Shown here one piece after another: positions 1 through 11,344 of a stretch of DNA of 64,000 nt (positions within the stretch are counted from its first letter, which is position 1; each line of letters starts with the position of its first letter). A program made the position numbers and the translations under genes. The stretch covers positions 163,928,001-163,992,000 of the forward strand of contig CM097883.1 in assembly GCA_044892505.1 (NCBI GenBank), in the 5' to 3' direction. Origin of the DNA: Schmidtea nova (lineage: Eukaryota). The notes under the pieces were generated by a model. The model ran no database searches, was not told the origin of the DNA, and saw only the letters and a program-made list of their open reading frames with translations.

Positions 1-1088
1 GAAAAATACATAAAGTTACTTTATATTGTTAAAAATTTGAAAATTCAAAATAAAACATGTGTGCATCACAAAATACGACAACTTTCAGAATTCTAATAAA
101 GCCATTTTGTAGACAATTAAATTTTATCTATACTTTATTACAATGAAAACTCAAAAAAGTTATTTTATTTAGGTGAAATATACAAATTTAATGACAAAAC
201 ACGTGTGCACAACAATATACACAACATTTTGAATTTTTTATTCAGCCATTTTGTAGACAATAAAATTCTGTCTATCTATTGTTTCACTAAAAACTCGATC
301 GGGCCGGTTTATCGACTCGAAAAAGGCGTTTGAAGTTTTGTAGTAGGAGGCTGTGTCCGGTCTGCCACCCTTCCCATGTGTGAACTCATATATTTTTTTT
401 ATTAAATTTAAAATAAAATTTCATATTTTTAAAAAATTAAAACAAAAAATTCATATAATTAAAACAAATATTCTAGTTATTTAAAACAAAAATTCACTTA
501 ATTTAAACAAAAATTCACTTAATTTAAACAAAAATTCACTTAATTTAAACAAAAATTCACTCAATTTTAAAATTATATGAAATTACGTAATTATATATGA
601 AATTACATAATTATCGGGTTTTATTAAGCACACTTGATTACGTAATGATTATGTAATTATGTGTGCTGTACAAAACCCCGAGCGATAACGTAATATACAC
701 ACATGGGGGGGGGGGGTAGTGGTTCAGACCTGACATAGCCTCCTACTACAAAACTTCAAACGCCTTTTTCGAGTCGATAAACCGGCCCGATCGAGTTTTT
801 AGTGAAACAATAGATAGACAGAATTTTATTGTCTACAAAATGGCTGAATAAAAAATTCAAAATGTTGTGTATATTGTTGTGCACACGTGTTTTGTCATTA
901 AATTTGTATATTTCACCTAAATAAAATAACTTTTTTGAGTTTTCATTGTAATAAAGTATAGATAAAATTTAATTGTCTACAAAATGGCTTTATTAGAATT
1001 CTGAAAGTTGTCGTATTTTGTGATGCACACATGTTTTATTTTGAATTTTCAAATTTTTAACAATATAAAGTAACTTTATGTATTTTTC
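1..1088. repeat. Large inverted repeat (fold-back): arm 1-340 is the reverse complement of 749-1088, around an imperfect inner hairpin 341-748
   Basis: Read base by base, 1-340 and 749-1088 appear to be identical reverse complements (mirror sum 1089). The inner arms 341-403 and ~697-748 are only imperfectly complementary. The left arm runs off the window. Confidence 0.95.
484..567. repeat. Four tandem 21-bp repeats (aaacaaaaattcacttaattt) in the loop of the terminal hairpin
   Basis: Units start at 484, 505, 526 and 547. Degenerate copies lie just upstream. Confidence 0.9.
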
Positions 1089-1800
1089 ATTGTAATAAAG
1101 TATAGGTAAAATTTAATTTCCTATAAAATGGCTTGATTAGAAAATTAGTTTGTTGGTGTGTTTGTAATGCACACGTGTTTTGTAATTAATTTTACATTTT
1201 TCATGTATATAAAATAACTTTTTTGAGTTTTCCTTGTAATATTATATGTGTAAAATTTAAATGTCTACAAAATGGCTTTATTAGAAATCTGAAAGTTGTC
1301 GTATTTTGTAATACACACGTGTTTTGTAATTAATTTTGCATTTTTTGTGTATATAAAATAAATTTATTGAGTTTTCATTGTAATAAAGTATAAGTAAAAT
1401 TTAATTTCCTATAAAATGGCTTGATTAGAAAATTAGTTTGTTGGTGTGTTTGTAATACACACGTGTTTTGTAATTAATTTTGCATTTTTCGTGTATATAA
1501 AATAAAATTATTGACTTTTCATTGTAATAAAGTATATGTAAAATTTAATTTCCTATAAAATGGCTTGATTCAAAATCTAAATGTTGTCGTTTTTCGTGTT
1601 ACACACGTGTTTTGTAATTAATTTTGTAAGTTTTAGTTATTTAAAATAACTTTAGTGAGTTTTCATTGTAATTACATATAGATAAAATTTAAATATCTAT
1701 AAAATGGCTTGATTCAAAATTAAGTATATTGATATGTTTGTGATGCACACGTGTTTTGTAATAAAATACTGGGATTTTTTCGACTATTTAGCATAGAATT
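820..1800. repeat. Subterminal tandem array, 7 units of 144 bp
   Basis: The anchor aaaatggct occurs at 837, 981, 1125, 1269, 1413, 1557 and 1701 (constant 144-bp period). Most units carry the palindrome ACACGTGT, and alternating subtypes are visible. Confidence 0.92.
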
Positions 1801-2160
1801 ATCGAATATTTATTGTAATCATGTGTAGATATAATTTAATTTTCTATCATATACTAATGAAAATTATAAAGGTTTTGTGTGTGTTATTGACAATTCTAAT
1901 GTATTTTATCAAAATTAATTAAAATATTTTTTATAACTGACGTAATTATTGAATTGTAATATAATTTAGACGTAATTTACTGAAATATTTAGTCTAATAT
2001 ATTTTAATCATATGACATGCATGCAATTCATTGAAATATTTTATAACTTTGATGTGTATTATAATTTGTTGAAATAACTTTTCTAGTTTTTTTAAAATAC
2101 TGCAACGTAATATATAATTAGTCATAATTCTCTATCTGATGATAATAATACCTTTACTGC

Positions 2161-2262
2161 CTCTTACTCGATTCTGATTGGCTAATAAGAATAAATTTCC
2201 TACCCCTTACTCGATTTTTATTGGTCAAAGGTTATGTGTGTGTAATAACTTTGATATATAAA
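2161..2262 (+). promoter_or_regulatory. Putative Pol II promoter of the PolB gene: two inverted CCAAT boxes plus a TATA box
   Basis: A duplicated cttactcgatt..attgg motif places ATTGG at 2177-2181 and 2220-2224. TATATAAA lies at 2255-2262, ~50 nt upstream of the ATG at 2312. Confidence 0.55.
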
Positions 2263-2311
2263 CAAACCTTTTTCATTCATTATTCACTTTAACAAATAAT
2301 AAACATTAAAA

Positions 2312-5300
2312 ATGAACATGATAACAAGTTTTATGAACGAAAACCCAAGTGGAAATGAAAATGGTAAATTTATTTTTTAATTTATTATCATTTAGTATTA
2401 ATTTAGGTAATATCAATAATTCAATTGGGAAATCGATGTTAGAAAATACAGAAGAAAATGGTACTTGATCATTAACTTAATAAATTATTTAACTTTTACT
2501 TTAGGGGATGTAAATATGACTGAACAAACTACCGTACAAGCTGAGATTGTTAATAACGAGAATATTGTGAATAATGGAGTTATACCTGATGTGGTATTGA
2601 ATGTTCAATGTAAGTATTGATTAATTTTAATTATATTTCGATAATTATTTTAATCAATTTAGTAAATAACTTTAGTAAAATATTTGTAAATATATATTTT
2701 TGGTAATATTTTGTAATAATTTAGATAATCTTTACTTTACGTAAACAGTTAATTTAAACAAATTTCTTAAATATTATTTTGTAATAAGTTTTATATTAAA
2801 TTTAAATTATTTTAATAATTATTATATTTCATATTTATTTTCTAATAATTCATATTTTTTATTAATTTATTTTAATGATTTTTTTGATAAATTTAAAGAT
2901 ATTTCATATTAAGGTAAATTTTATGCGAATTATTGTAAGTCGTCAAATCATAACGATTGCCACAAGTTAATGGAGCGATTCTATCGTATTATAAATAACC
3001 AAGTCACCTTCTATTTGTGTCCCACATGTAAGAGCGCCCAACATATAAATTACATTGATTTTTATTTCCAACATTATCTCCACTTAAATCAATTCTCATG
3101 TACTAAGAAAAGTCTTTTCGCATTAATTAATAAAAGTAAACGACGAAATGTTACTGTTTGTCCTAAACCATCTAAAATAAATGTAATATCTGATGATGAA
3201 GATGTCCATTTATCAAATGACGATGTTTTAGTTATTCCTAATTTACATGTTGTCCAATATGGCGGTTCTGTTGAACCTTTGGTTAAATATAATTTGAAAA
3301 AATCGCATGCCATTGTTAAAATGGATGTGGATTCTTTAAATTTAAATAAATTAATTATTCCTTCAGCTTTATTAAATAAATTTAATTCAGTTATTTCCAA
3401 AATGGGGTATGTAAAAGTTCAATTCTGCATTGATGTAGAATTTGAAAAGAATAAGCAATTTCAATCTTTTATAATATCAAATTCTGCAAAACCAATGAGT
3501 GATACCTTTTTAGATGAAGGTATTGCTCTATTAAATGAAAAAAATACTAAAGTCTGCGAAAATGGCAGCAATTGGTTAATTAATAAAATTAAAGAAATAA
3601 GCTTTAAACTTACAAAATATTCACAGATAAGTAGATTGAGCGGTAAAGGTTCTTGTTCAACTCCACCATCATTAAATGCAAAACGTTGCACTGTCAATGT
3701 TAAAAATACTGATAACTTGTGTTTTATATATAGCATCTTGGCTATTTTAAAATACGATGATGTAGATAGCAATCATCGAAATAGAAATAGAGCAACTAAT
3801 TATAATCCCTCAGACCTTGTGTTTGATTCTTCTGATCTTCCTATGAAATTATGTAATATACCCAAATTTGAAGCGAAAAACCCCGGGTTGGCAATAAATG
3901 TCCTTTCATATGACGAGTATGATCTAAATAATATTAATGAGGAAGAGGAAGTCATGAAACATCCATTTGTAGATATTATTCATAGGTCAAAGGTTTTAGG
4001 TGGCACTCCAATTAATTTGATTTTGTTAGAGGAAAATGACTCTTTTCATTATATTGCAGTTACCAACATTAACAGACTTCTAAATTGTGACACTCTTTCT
4101 GTTACTGATGTTCAAATAAGGTGCACGTGGTGCGAGCGTTGCTTGAATGGTTTTAGATTGACTGAAGCTTTTGAGAAACATCAGGCTTTATGCACAAAAA
4201 ACCAGTTAGGTACAACTTTGTATACTTTGCCTTCAGATAAGAACTTGGAATTTAAAGATTGGTCAAAAATTGTTACACCTCCTTTCGTTGTATATGCCGA
4301 TTTTGAGGCTGTTTTACCCAAGGACGATAAGTATTTTCAACGCCACTTGCCTATTTCTGCTGGCTTGTTGCTTATTAATAACTTTACTGGCGAAAAATCG
4401 TATAAAAGTTTTTATGGTCTTAACTGTGTAGAAGAGTTTTTGACTGAAATCAATGATATAGGAGAAAAAGTAGTTTTACCTTACTTTATAAATAATTCCA
4501 AAAAGAAAATGGAATATCTTTCTCCTGCGCAAATAAGATCATTTCGTAGTTCTATTATTTGTTATTTGTGTAATAAACCTTTGAAAAATCCGGTTAAAGA
4601 TCATGACCATTATACAGGTAAATACTTGGGTGCAGCTTGCTCTAAATGCAATTTTTCTCGGCAAATAAGATTCGTCATGCCTGTACTATTTCATAATTTA
4701 CGCGGATATGATTTACATCATATCCTCAAGTATGGTTTAAATAAATTCGATAAATGGGATATAAGTTGTATTCCTACTACAAGTGAAAAGTTTTTGACTT
4801 TATATGCAAGAGTCGATAGTTTGACTATTAAATTTATCGATTCTTGCCAATTTGTAAGCTGTAGCTTAAACGATGCTGTAAAGACTTTAACAGATTTTCC
4901 TCTTACTTCATCCGAATTTATAGGGACTATTATTACATCCAAAGGTATATTCCCATATAATTTTGCAACATCTTTAGAGGTTTTACAAAATACATACGAA
5001 TTGCCACCGATTTGGGAAGGAGTTAAAATCGACGAGTATGAAAAAGCTCAACAGATATGGGATGAATTTAATTGTGAAACATTGTTTGATTATATGATGT
5101 TATACCTGAAATTGGATGTTTTCTTACTTGCCGACTTTTTTCAGCAATTTAGGTCAAAATCCATTGCACATAACCGACTTGAGCCTCTTAATTTCTTGGG
5201 AATTCCAGGTATGTCATGGAATTCAGCTTTGATGACTTTGAAATCTCCTATCGAGTTGCTTCAAGATATGGAGATGTATAATTTTTTCGAAGGGGGGATC

Positions 5301-6680
5301 CGTGGTGGGTTAACATTTGTTAACAAACACCATGTAGTATCCTCCGACGACACTGAGCTTCTTTATATAGATATAAATAATTTATATGGGTGGGCTTTAA
5401 GCCAAAAACTACCTTATAAAGAATTTAAATGGGTAACTGATAGGGAAAAATTAAATAAAATAATTTATTACTGTGAATCTGCTGATTTAGAAGTATTAAC
5501 ATTTGGATTTACATTAGAAGTCGATTTAGAAATTCCTGATTCGATTCACGACAAGCTGGATGATTTGCCAGTTGCCGCTGAAAAGATGTGTCCACCTGGC
5601 TCAAAGGTTGAGAAGTTGATGCTTACGCATTATCCCAAGAAGAACTATGTTCTTCATTGGAGACTTCTCAAACTTTTTCTTTCTCTTGGAGTAAAAATAA
5701 CTCATGTCCATAGGGCAATTAAATTTAAACAAGCATGTATTTTTAAGGATTACATCGATACCAATACCAGACTTAGAGCAGAATCAAGTAATGCTCTCGG
5801 TAAAAATTATTATAAATTATTAAATAATAGTCTCTACGGTAAAACCGTAGAGAATCTTAAAAAGCGCATAAATTTAAGATTATGTAATTCGGCTTCTAGG
5901 CTGATTACATATACTTCTAAGCCAACTTTTAAAAGGACTTTCGAAATTGACGATGATTTAGTTGCAGTGTTGCTGAATCAGGAATCGGTGTGTTTGGATA
6001 GACCCAGCTACATTGGTCAAACTGTACTGGATCTATCTAAACTTAGGATGTACCAGCTGCAGTATGAAGAGTTACAAAAATATCGTAACGAATTCAACTG
6101 CGAAATCAACATCGTTGCTGGTGACACCGATTCGTTTTTTCTTGAGATTAGAAATTGTAAGCTTGATATTCTTTTACCGGCCATGATAAGAGATAACTTA
6201 CTTGACACTTCTAATTATGATCTGAATCACCCATTATATAGTAGGAACCTTGATTCTGTCATTGGCAAATTCAAAGACGAGAATAAAGGGCTTAAGTACG
6301 AGGAGTGGGTGTTTCTTAGACCTAAATGTTATAGTCTTTTAGGTGACGAGGAAACTAATAAAGCTAAGGGGGCAACATTGGCGGGTACCGACATAAAGCA
6401 TCAGTCGTACCTGGACTGTTTTAATAATAACCAAATATTTTCTGTTCCCCAAACGAGAATCACAAGTAAAAATCACCAACTTTTTACCATTAAAAATGAA
6501 AAGATTGCACTGACAAACGCAGATGATAAAAGGAAATGGGTGGCGAAAAATAAAAGCTTGGCATATGGCCATTATATGGAAGGTGACTTGGTTATATTTC
6601 AACATACCGATCCAAGAATCAATCCAGATCAACAATTCCAAGATCCACCTGGAGATATCCAAGATGAAAGTTTTATTTAA
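2312..6680 (+). CDS. polB: Protein-primed family B DNA polymerase (Polinton-type); predicted exons 2312-2363, 2407-2460, 2505-2609, 2914-6680
   Basis: The 1236-aa ORF 2970-6680 has Exo I YADFE, Exo II HNLRGYD, Exo III YLKLDV, KGIFPY, motif A YIDINNLYG, motif B KLLNNSLYGK, motif C GDTDS and RPKCY. An inserted EndoVII-like CYLC..DHDHYTG..CSKCN is present. Three GT-AG phase-1 introns join the upstream exons in frame. Polymerase identity is very secure; the splice model is ~0.7. Confidence 0.93.
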
Positions 6681-7180
6681 ATAAAATTTGTTGAAAAAAC
6701 TTTGTTTTCATTTATTTGGTTATATATTGTACAGATTAGTTTCAGTCTGTTTTTTATATTTTGGGTAACAATTTTTAGAAACAATGGTTATGTCATAATA
6801 ATGATAGTAATATTAGTAATAAAATAATAAATAATTAGTTTAATATTTATCGTATTTCACCATGTAATTTTTTTTGTTGTGCAGAATTGTCTCATTTTGT
6901 TATATGCTTATAATATTTTGATGAGTGCTTTCATTGAACGTTTATCATTGAAGTTGTAGAAAAATATTAAGAACAATAATAAATTATATTAACAAAAAAG
7001 TAAATTAATAATATTAAAAAAAAAAATAAATAACTAATTAAAATAAATTAATAAAAAAAATTATTTAAATAAAAAAAAAAGAAATAATTTAATAATAAAA
7101 TAAATAATAAAATTCCAAACATTTAAACAAAACACACTTTAAAAATGGCGCCAAAAAAACGCGCGATAACTCATAGTGAC

Positions 7181-7205
7181 GCAGACCTGACACATCCTCC
7201 TACTA
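7181..7205 (-). repeat. Right terminal inverted repeat of the PolB element
   Basis: gcagacctgacacatcctcctacta is complementary to 341-365. Homology with copy 3 stops at this motif. Confidence 0.8.
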
Positions 7206-9189
7206 TCTTATGTAAAAATAATTATAAACAAATCTATCATCAATTTTATTTAAAACTAAATAAATAAAATTATTTAAAATGAAGTTATGATAAAAAGAGT
7301 TTTCCTCTTTATTTCAAAAAGTAATGATTTATCTTACATGTCTGACAATACGCTGTGCGTGATAAACGCTTGCTAGTTTGTCAGTGATATGTTCTGGCAC
7401 CGAGATCGTTTTCTATTGCAAAATCCTCATTAAAGACAATATTCTTGCATAATAATTTATTGATTAGTTATTTTATTTTTAGTAACTGAGAATTTTCTAC
7501 TTGGAAATAAAATTTTAGATGGCTTTTTCTTTTGAACTTTGTCAAGTAATTTCTTTTTTATTGTATTATTATTTGGCTCTCCCAGCCACTACTCCGACTG
7601 TCCTAGCATCACTGTCATTAGCAAATGTGAAAGAACTTGCAGAAGTAGCAGATTGAATCGATTAAGTAACACAAACCAATAACCTAATCGTCAACGCGAT
7701 TTGCAAAAGAAAACGGAAACTACTAACAAAATTCTAATCGTAAAAGCCATCGAGAAATTATCTCAGAAATTGGGAAATTTACTATTAGATAGATACAGAA
7801 AAAACATTCACGAAATAGCTCCAACCGTTCCAGGTATTGGGAGAAAACTGAATTTTGTTTAAATAACGCGTTAATACAGCATGTAGGGAGCGCGCACGAC
7901 GTAAACTTAAAATAGGATTGAGAAAAACACCAAGTAAAACACAGTAATAACAAAGCACACAAATAATTAATTAAAACACGTTTACGAATTAAAATGAACA
8001 AAAGCGTATCAAATGTACACGTGAAAAACACACATAACATAAAACATCAATTATGTAATAAAATTAAAAAGTAGGAAAAATTAACATAATTTTAGAAGGA
8101 AAATTTCGATTTTTAGCGTAAAATTTCAAAAAATATAAAAGAAAATTGTTTTGGTTAAAAATTTTAGTACATTAAACTAAATTAGAGAAAAACTTTAATT
8201 CAAAAGTAAAATTTTTGATTAAAAATAAATTATTTAAAGTTTTATTAAAATTTTATGCAAAAATAATAATTCAATTTTGCTTAAAATTATTAAAATTAAT
8301 TTTGAAAGAATCGAAAATTTCTTCTAGAACAATTTGTTTTAATACATCAACGAAAATAGCAGTTTGAAACAAATATATATACCGCCATCAAAATGGAAAT
8401 CATCAGAGAGAACTTGCTTAAAAACCTTTGGAAATTTTCTGCGAAAGTGAAATTTTCGAAGAGTTTTTACACTGCAAACTGGTAAAAACTGATAAAGATG
8501 AACCCCTCGAAAGATTTCCAGAAACACTCAATCAGTTTCCGACTTACAGAAGTTTTGCAAAAAATCCAAGACACGTATTCGTGATTTCAGACGAACATAA
8601 TCCAATTTATTTCTAACCGCATTCGAACCAAGCGAAACCCATACGAGTAATTATGTAAGGATCTTGAAATTTTCTGTTATACAGGCTAGCGAATCATGCC
8701 TTCGTTACACTGCCGTAGGTTTTTTTGATTTATTTTCAATTTATTTTGAATATTGGTAATGTGTTATGATATGGTTAAATATGTATTTATTACTTTTTGG
8801 AAAATTATAATTTTTAATTATAATTTTTCAATTTTTAAATTTTGACTAATTTTTAATCCCGAAACTTTCCTAATATTTATCTTTAATAAGGCAGCGCAAG
8901 ATTTTTTTTAATCTTTTTGCGTGACTAAGGAACGAGATTTTTAAATAACTTGAATATCAAGTATATAAAGTATTTTATATTTCACTGAACCTACGTTCTA
9001 CTTTTTTAAAATGAACTATAAACAGAATAAATCAAAACAATAGGTCTGGAAGAAATTACAAGTAAATTATTGATAATCGAACTTAGTAATTTTTATTAAA
9101 TATACGATAGTAACACAAATAAAATTAAAAGAATTTTAAATACAGATTTCATATTATCATAATTATTAGTTATAGATTTTAATATAACT

Positions 9190-10885
9190 TAATGAGATCC
9201 TCGTGCTTGGTGCAAATCACAAAGATACTTTATATATGGTTCTAATTTGGTGAGCTTCATTCTCAAGTCTTCTAGTTGATTCACGTTCTAACAATTTCTT
9301 TTTTTCAGCAGCAAATCATTCAAATTACTAAAATCACACTCAGCTAAATACAAGGAAAGAAAAAGTAGCAGCAAATTTCTCGAAAACTTAGATGTATTAG
9401 GATATTTTGTCTCTGTTTCCATTCAAAACCACGTCTTTAGTCCCTTTAAATGAAAACAAGTTCTAATTGATTCATAATTTTTGTATTTCTGAGAGTTTTT
9501 CTTGATAATAAATATTTGTTTTATCTGATAAATTCACGAACATTGGCTGCATTATCCAGGCTGGAAAGTCGATTTCTTTTAAATCTGTAAATCTCTCTGT
9601 CAAGTCGGCTGAAAAAACTTTCAAGTAATTGTCAATAGCAAGTATAGCGTCGTCTGTCACATTGCATCTTTGGAGCCAATAAAATCTAACAAAGTTTTTC
9701 CTACAGATATCTTTTCACCACAATTCAATATTGGCAATGAACCCAAATATCTTTGCTTTAGCATCAGTAATAGTTCTATTTACTCCTTGAAGCTAGCTAT
9801 TTAATATACTTAGTTTTTCAAAGACATCTGCTAAATAACTTAAAAGTGCTTTGCCATCAACTACCAAAAGATACATCATTTCCGGCTTGTTGTACAAAAG
9901 GTTCTTTACAACATCAAATAGTTCCATAAATCTTTTTAAACAATTTCCTTTTGAAAGCCACCTTACTTCAGTATGATATAAAAGCCTAACATAGTCTGAA
10001 TTTTGTTCTTCACAATATAACTTAAACAAACGTTCGCATTTTGCACTAGCTTTAATGCTATTGATACATTTTATAACAGAATTTAATATTTCTCGGTGAA
10101 TAACACAGTGTATGAGTAGCATTCCTGGAGTCTCAGCTTTCATCATTTTTAAGTAGCCATTTTTCTTCCCCATCATATTAGGAGAACCATCTGCAGCACA
10201 AGAAATAATGTTCACAAATGGAATATTATTTACATTTAAATAATCTTTTAACTTATTGTATATATCTTTCGCCGTGTTGGTGCTTTCTAATGACTTACAA
10301 AACAACATTTCTTCGGCAAAATCCTCTTTATCAACATATCTCAGATAAGCTATCAATATAGACTCACTGTTTCTGAATGTTGATTCATCCATTTGCAGTG
10401 ACAAATATTTTGTTCTGAGTTTTTCAACAAGTTGTTTTTCAACATTTTCACTCATTTCGTCAATTCTCCTGCTTACACTATTGTTGCTAAGCGGCATAGA
10501 TTTTACATAGGTATCGTCTTTTCGCAGAATCGTTTTAAGAAATGTTGATATTGTTGGCTTGATAAAAAATTTCGCCAATCATTTGATTTCCCCGGATTTG
10601 GCAATAAGTAATGCAATCTGATAACTGGCCTCGAGTGTACGATTAGTATTTGCAGTATTAGCTGCAAATAAAGTTTTCAACATATTTCTTTTTTCAAAGT
10701 TTTCTTTTAATTTTTAAAAGTAATTCAAATCGCAATTGGCCTGTGTGTCATGGATTCATTAGTCAAGGTTTATTGTCATAAAAGACAAAGGAAAAGTCTT
10801 TTGTCTTAGTCAGGTGGTACAAAACCAAATTTTAAATATTCCTCTGGATATTGACAATTTTTCCTTTTACTTCCATTACTCATTT
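9190..10885 (-). pseudogene. Decayed hAT transposase (Buster/Charlie, ZBED5/SCAND3-like)
   Basis: ORF 9793-10578 contains LSNNSVSRRIDEM, LSLQMDEST, CAADGSPNMMG, HCVIHRE and EVRWLSKG. The N-terminal QYPEEYLKFGF and C-terminal HQARGSH lie in other frames; several stops and frameshifts are present. Confidence 0.9.
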
Positions 10886-11344
10886 TTATGGGCTGAAAAA
10901 ATAAACATGATCAATAAAAAAAACTAAAAAGTTCACATATGCTTAATTAACATATTTGTATAAGGAAAGAATATATAAATAAAATAGTAAAACTAAATGA
11001 ACCAGTTTTCTTTGAGTCCTTTATATTAGTAGCAGCCACCGATATTATTAGCTGTTAAAGCAAAATTAAAAAGAAATTTTTAATAATTTATTACATTTAA
11101 AAAATAAAACAAACAAAAGTTTAGTTAAGTAATGTTAAAGCAAAATTAAATTAACTTTTGAAAATAAAAACTATAAATTATAATTTTTGGCTGTAAATAT
11201 CTTTAATTGATTTATTCTGTGAAAACGATTAACCAACATCATCTTATTATCTATAAGATTGCAAATTTCGCAATACTTATTATTTAAAATTTCATACAAT
11301 TTATTTTCTTCCTTGATCCTAAATTTATTTTTCCAATTTTCCCT

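Larger units (their letters stand above)
341..7205 (+). mobile_element. Compact pPolB-encoding (Polinton/Maverick-related) element with ~25-bp terminal inverted repeats
   Basis: The left terminus TAGTAGGAGGCTGTGTCCGGTCTGC (341-365) matches the reverse complement of 7181-7205 (TAGTAGGAGGATGTGTCAGGTCTGC) with 2 mismatches. The same terminal motif recurs at ~45606 in an unrelated flank. The only long ORF is PolB; no integrase, capsid or ATPase gene was seen. Confidence 0.75.

Noticed and set aside
1-1088. The 340-bp inverted arms as the long TIRs of a Polinton
   Set aside because: Both arms lie on the same side of polB and no copy of them occurs at the right end; only the ~25-bp motif is shared.
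820-1800. 144-bp array (and the dispersed palindromes) as a CRISPR array
   Set aside because: Whole units are homologous with no unique spacers, there are no cas genes, and the context is eukaryotic.
2970-6680. polB as a mitochondrial-plasmid insertion, casposon or pipolin gene
   Set aside because: It reads in the standard code with predicted spliceosomal introns, a CCAAT/TATA promoter and Polinton-type N-terminal and EndoVII modules. No Cas1 or tyrosine recombinase is present.
335-7211. 6-bp target-site duplication around the PolB element
   Set aside because: The flanks do not match, and the left flank is the mirrored arm rather than chromosomal DNA, so a TSD cannot be assessed.
7300-8700. 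Coding-like patches right of the PolB element
   Set aside because: Short, stop-interrupted frames with no motif I can identify; they lie outside the terminal repeat.
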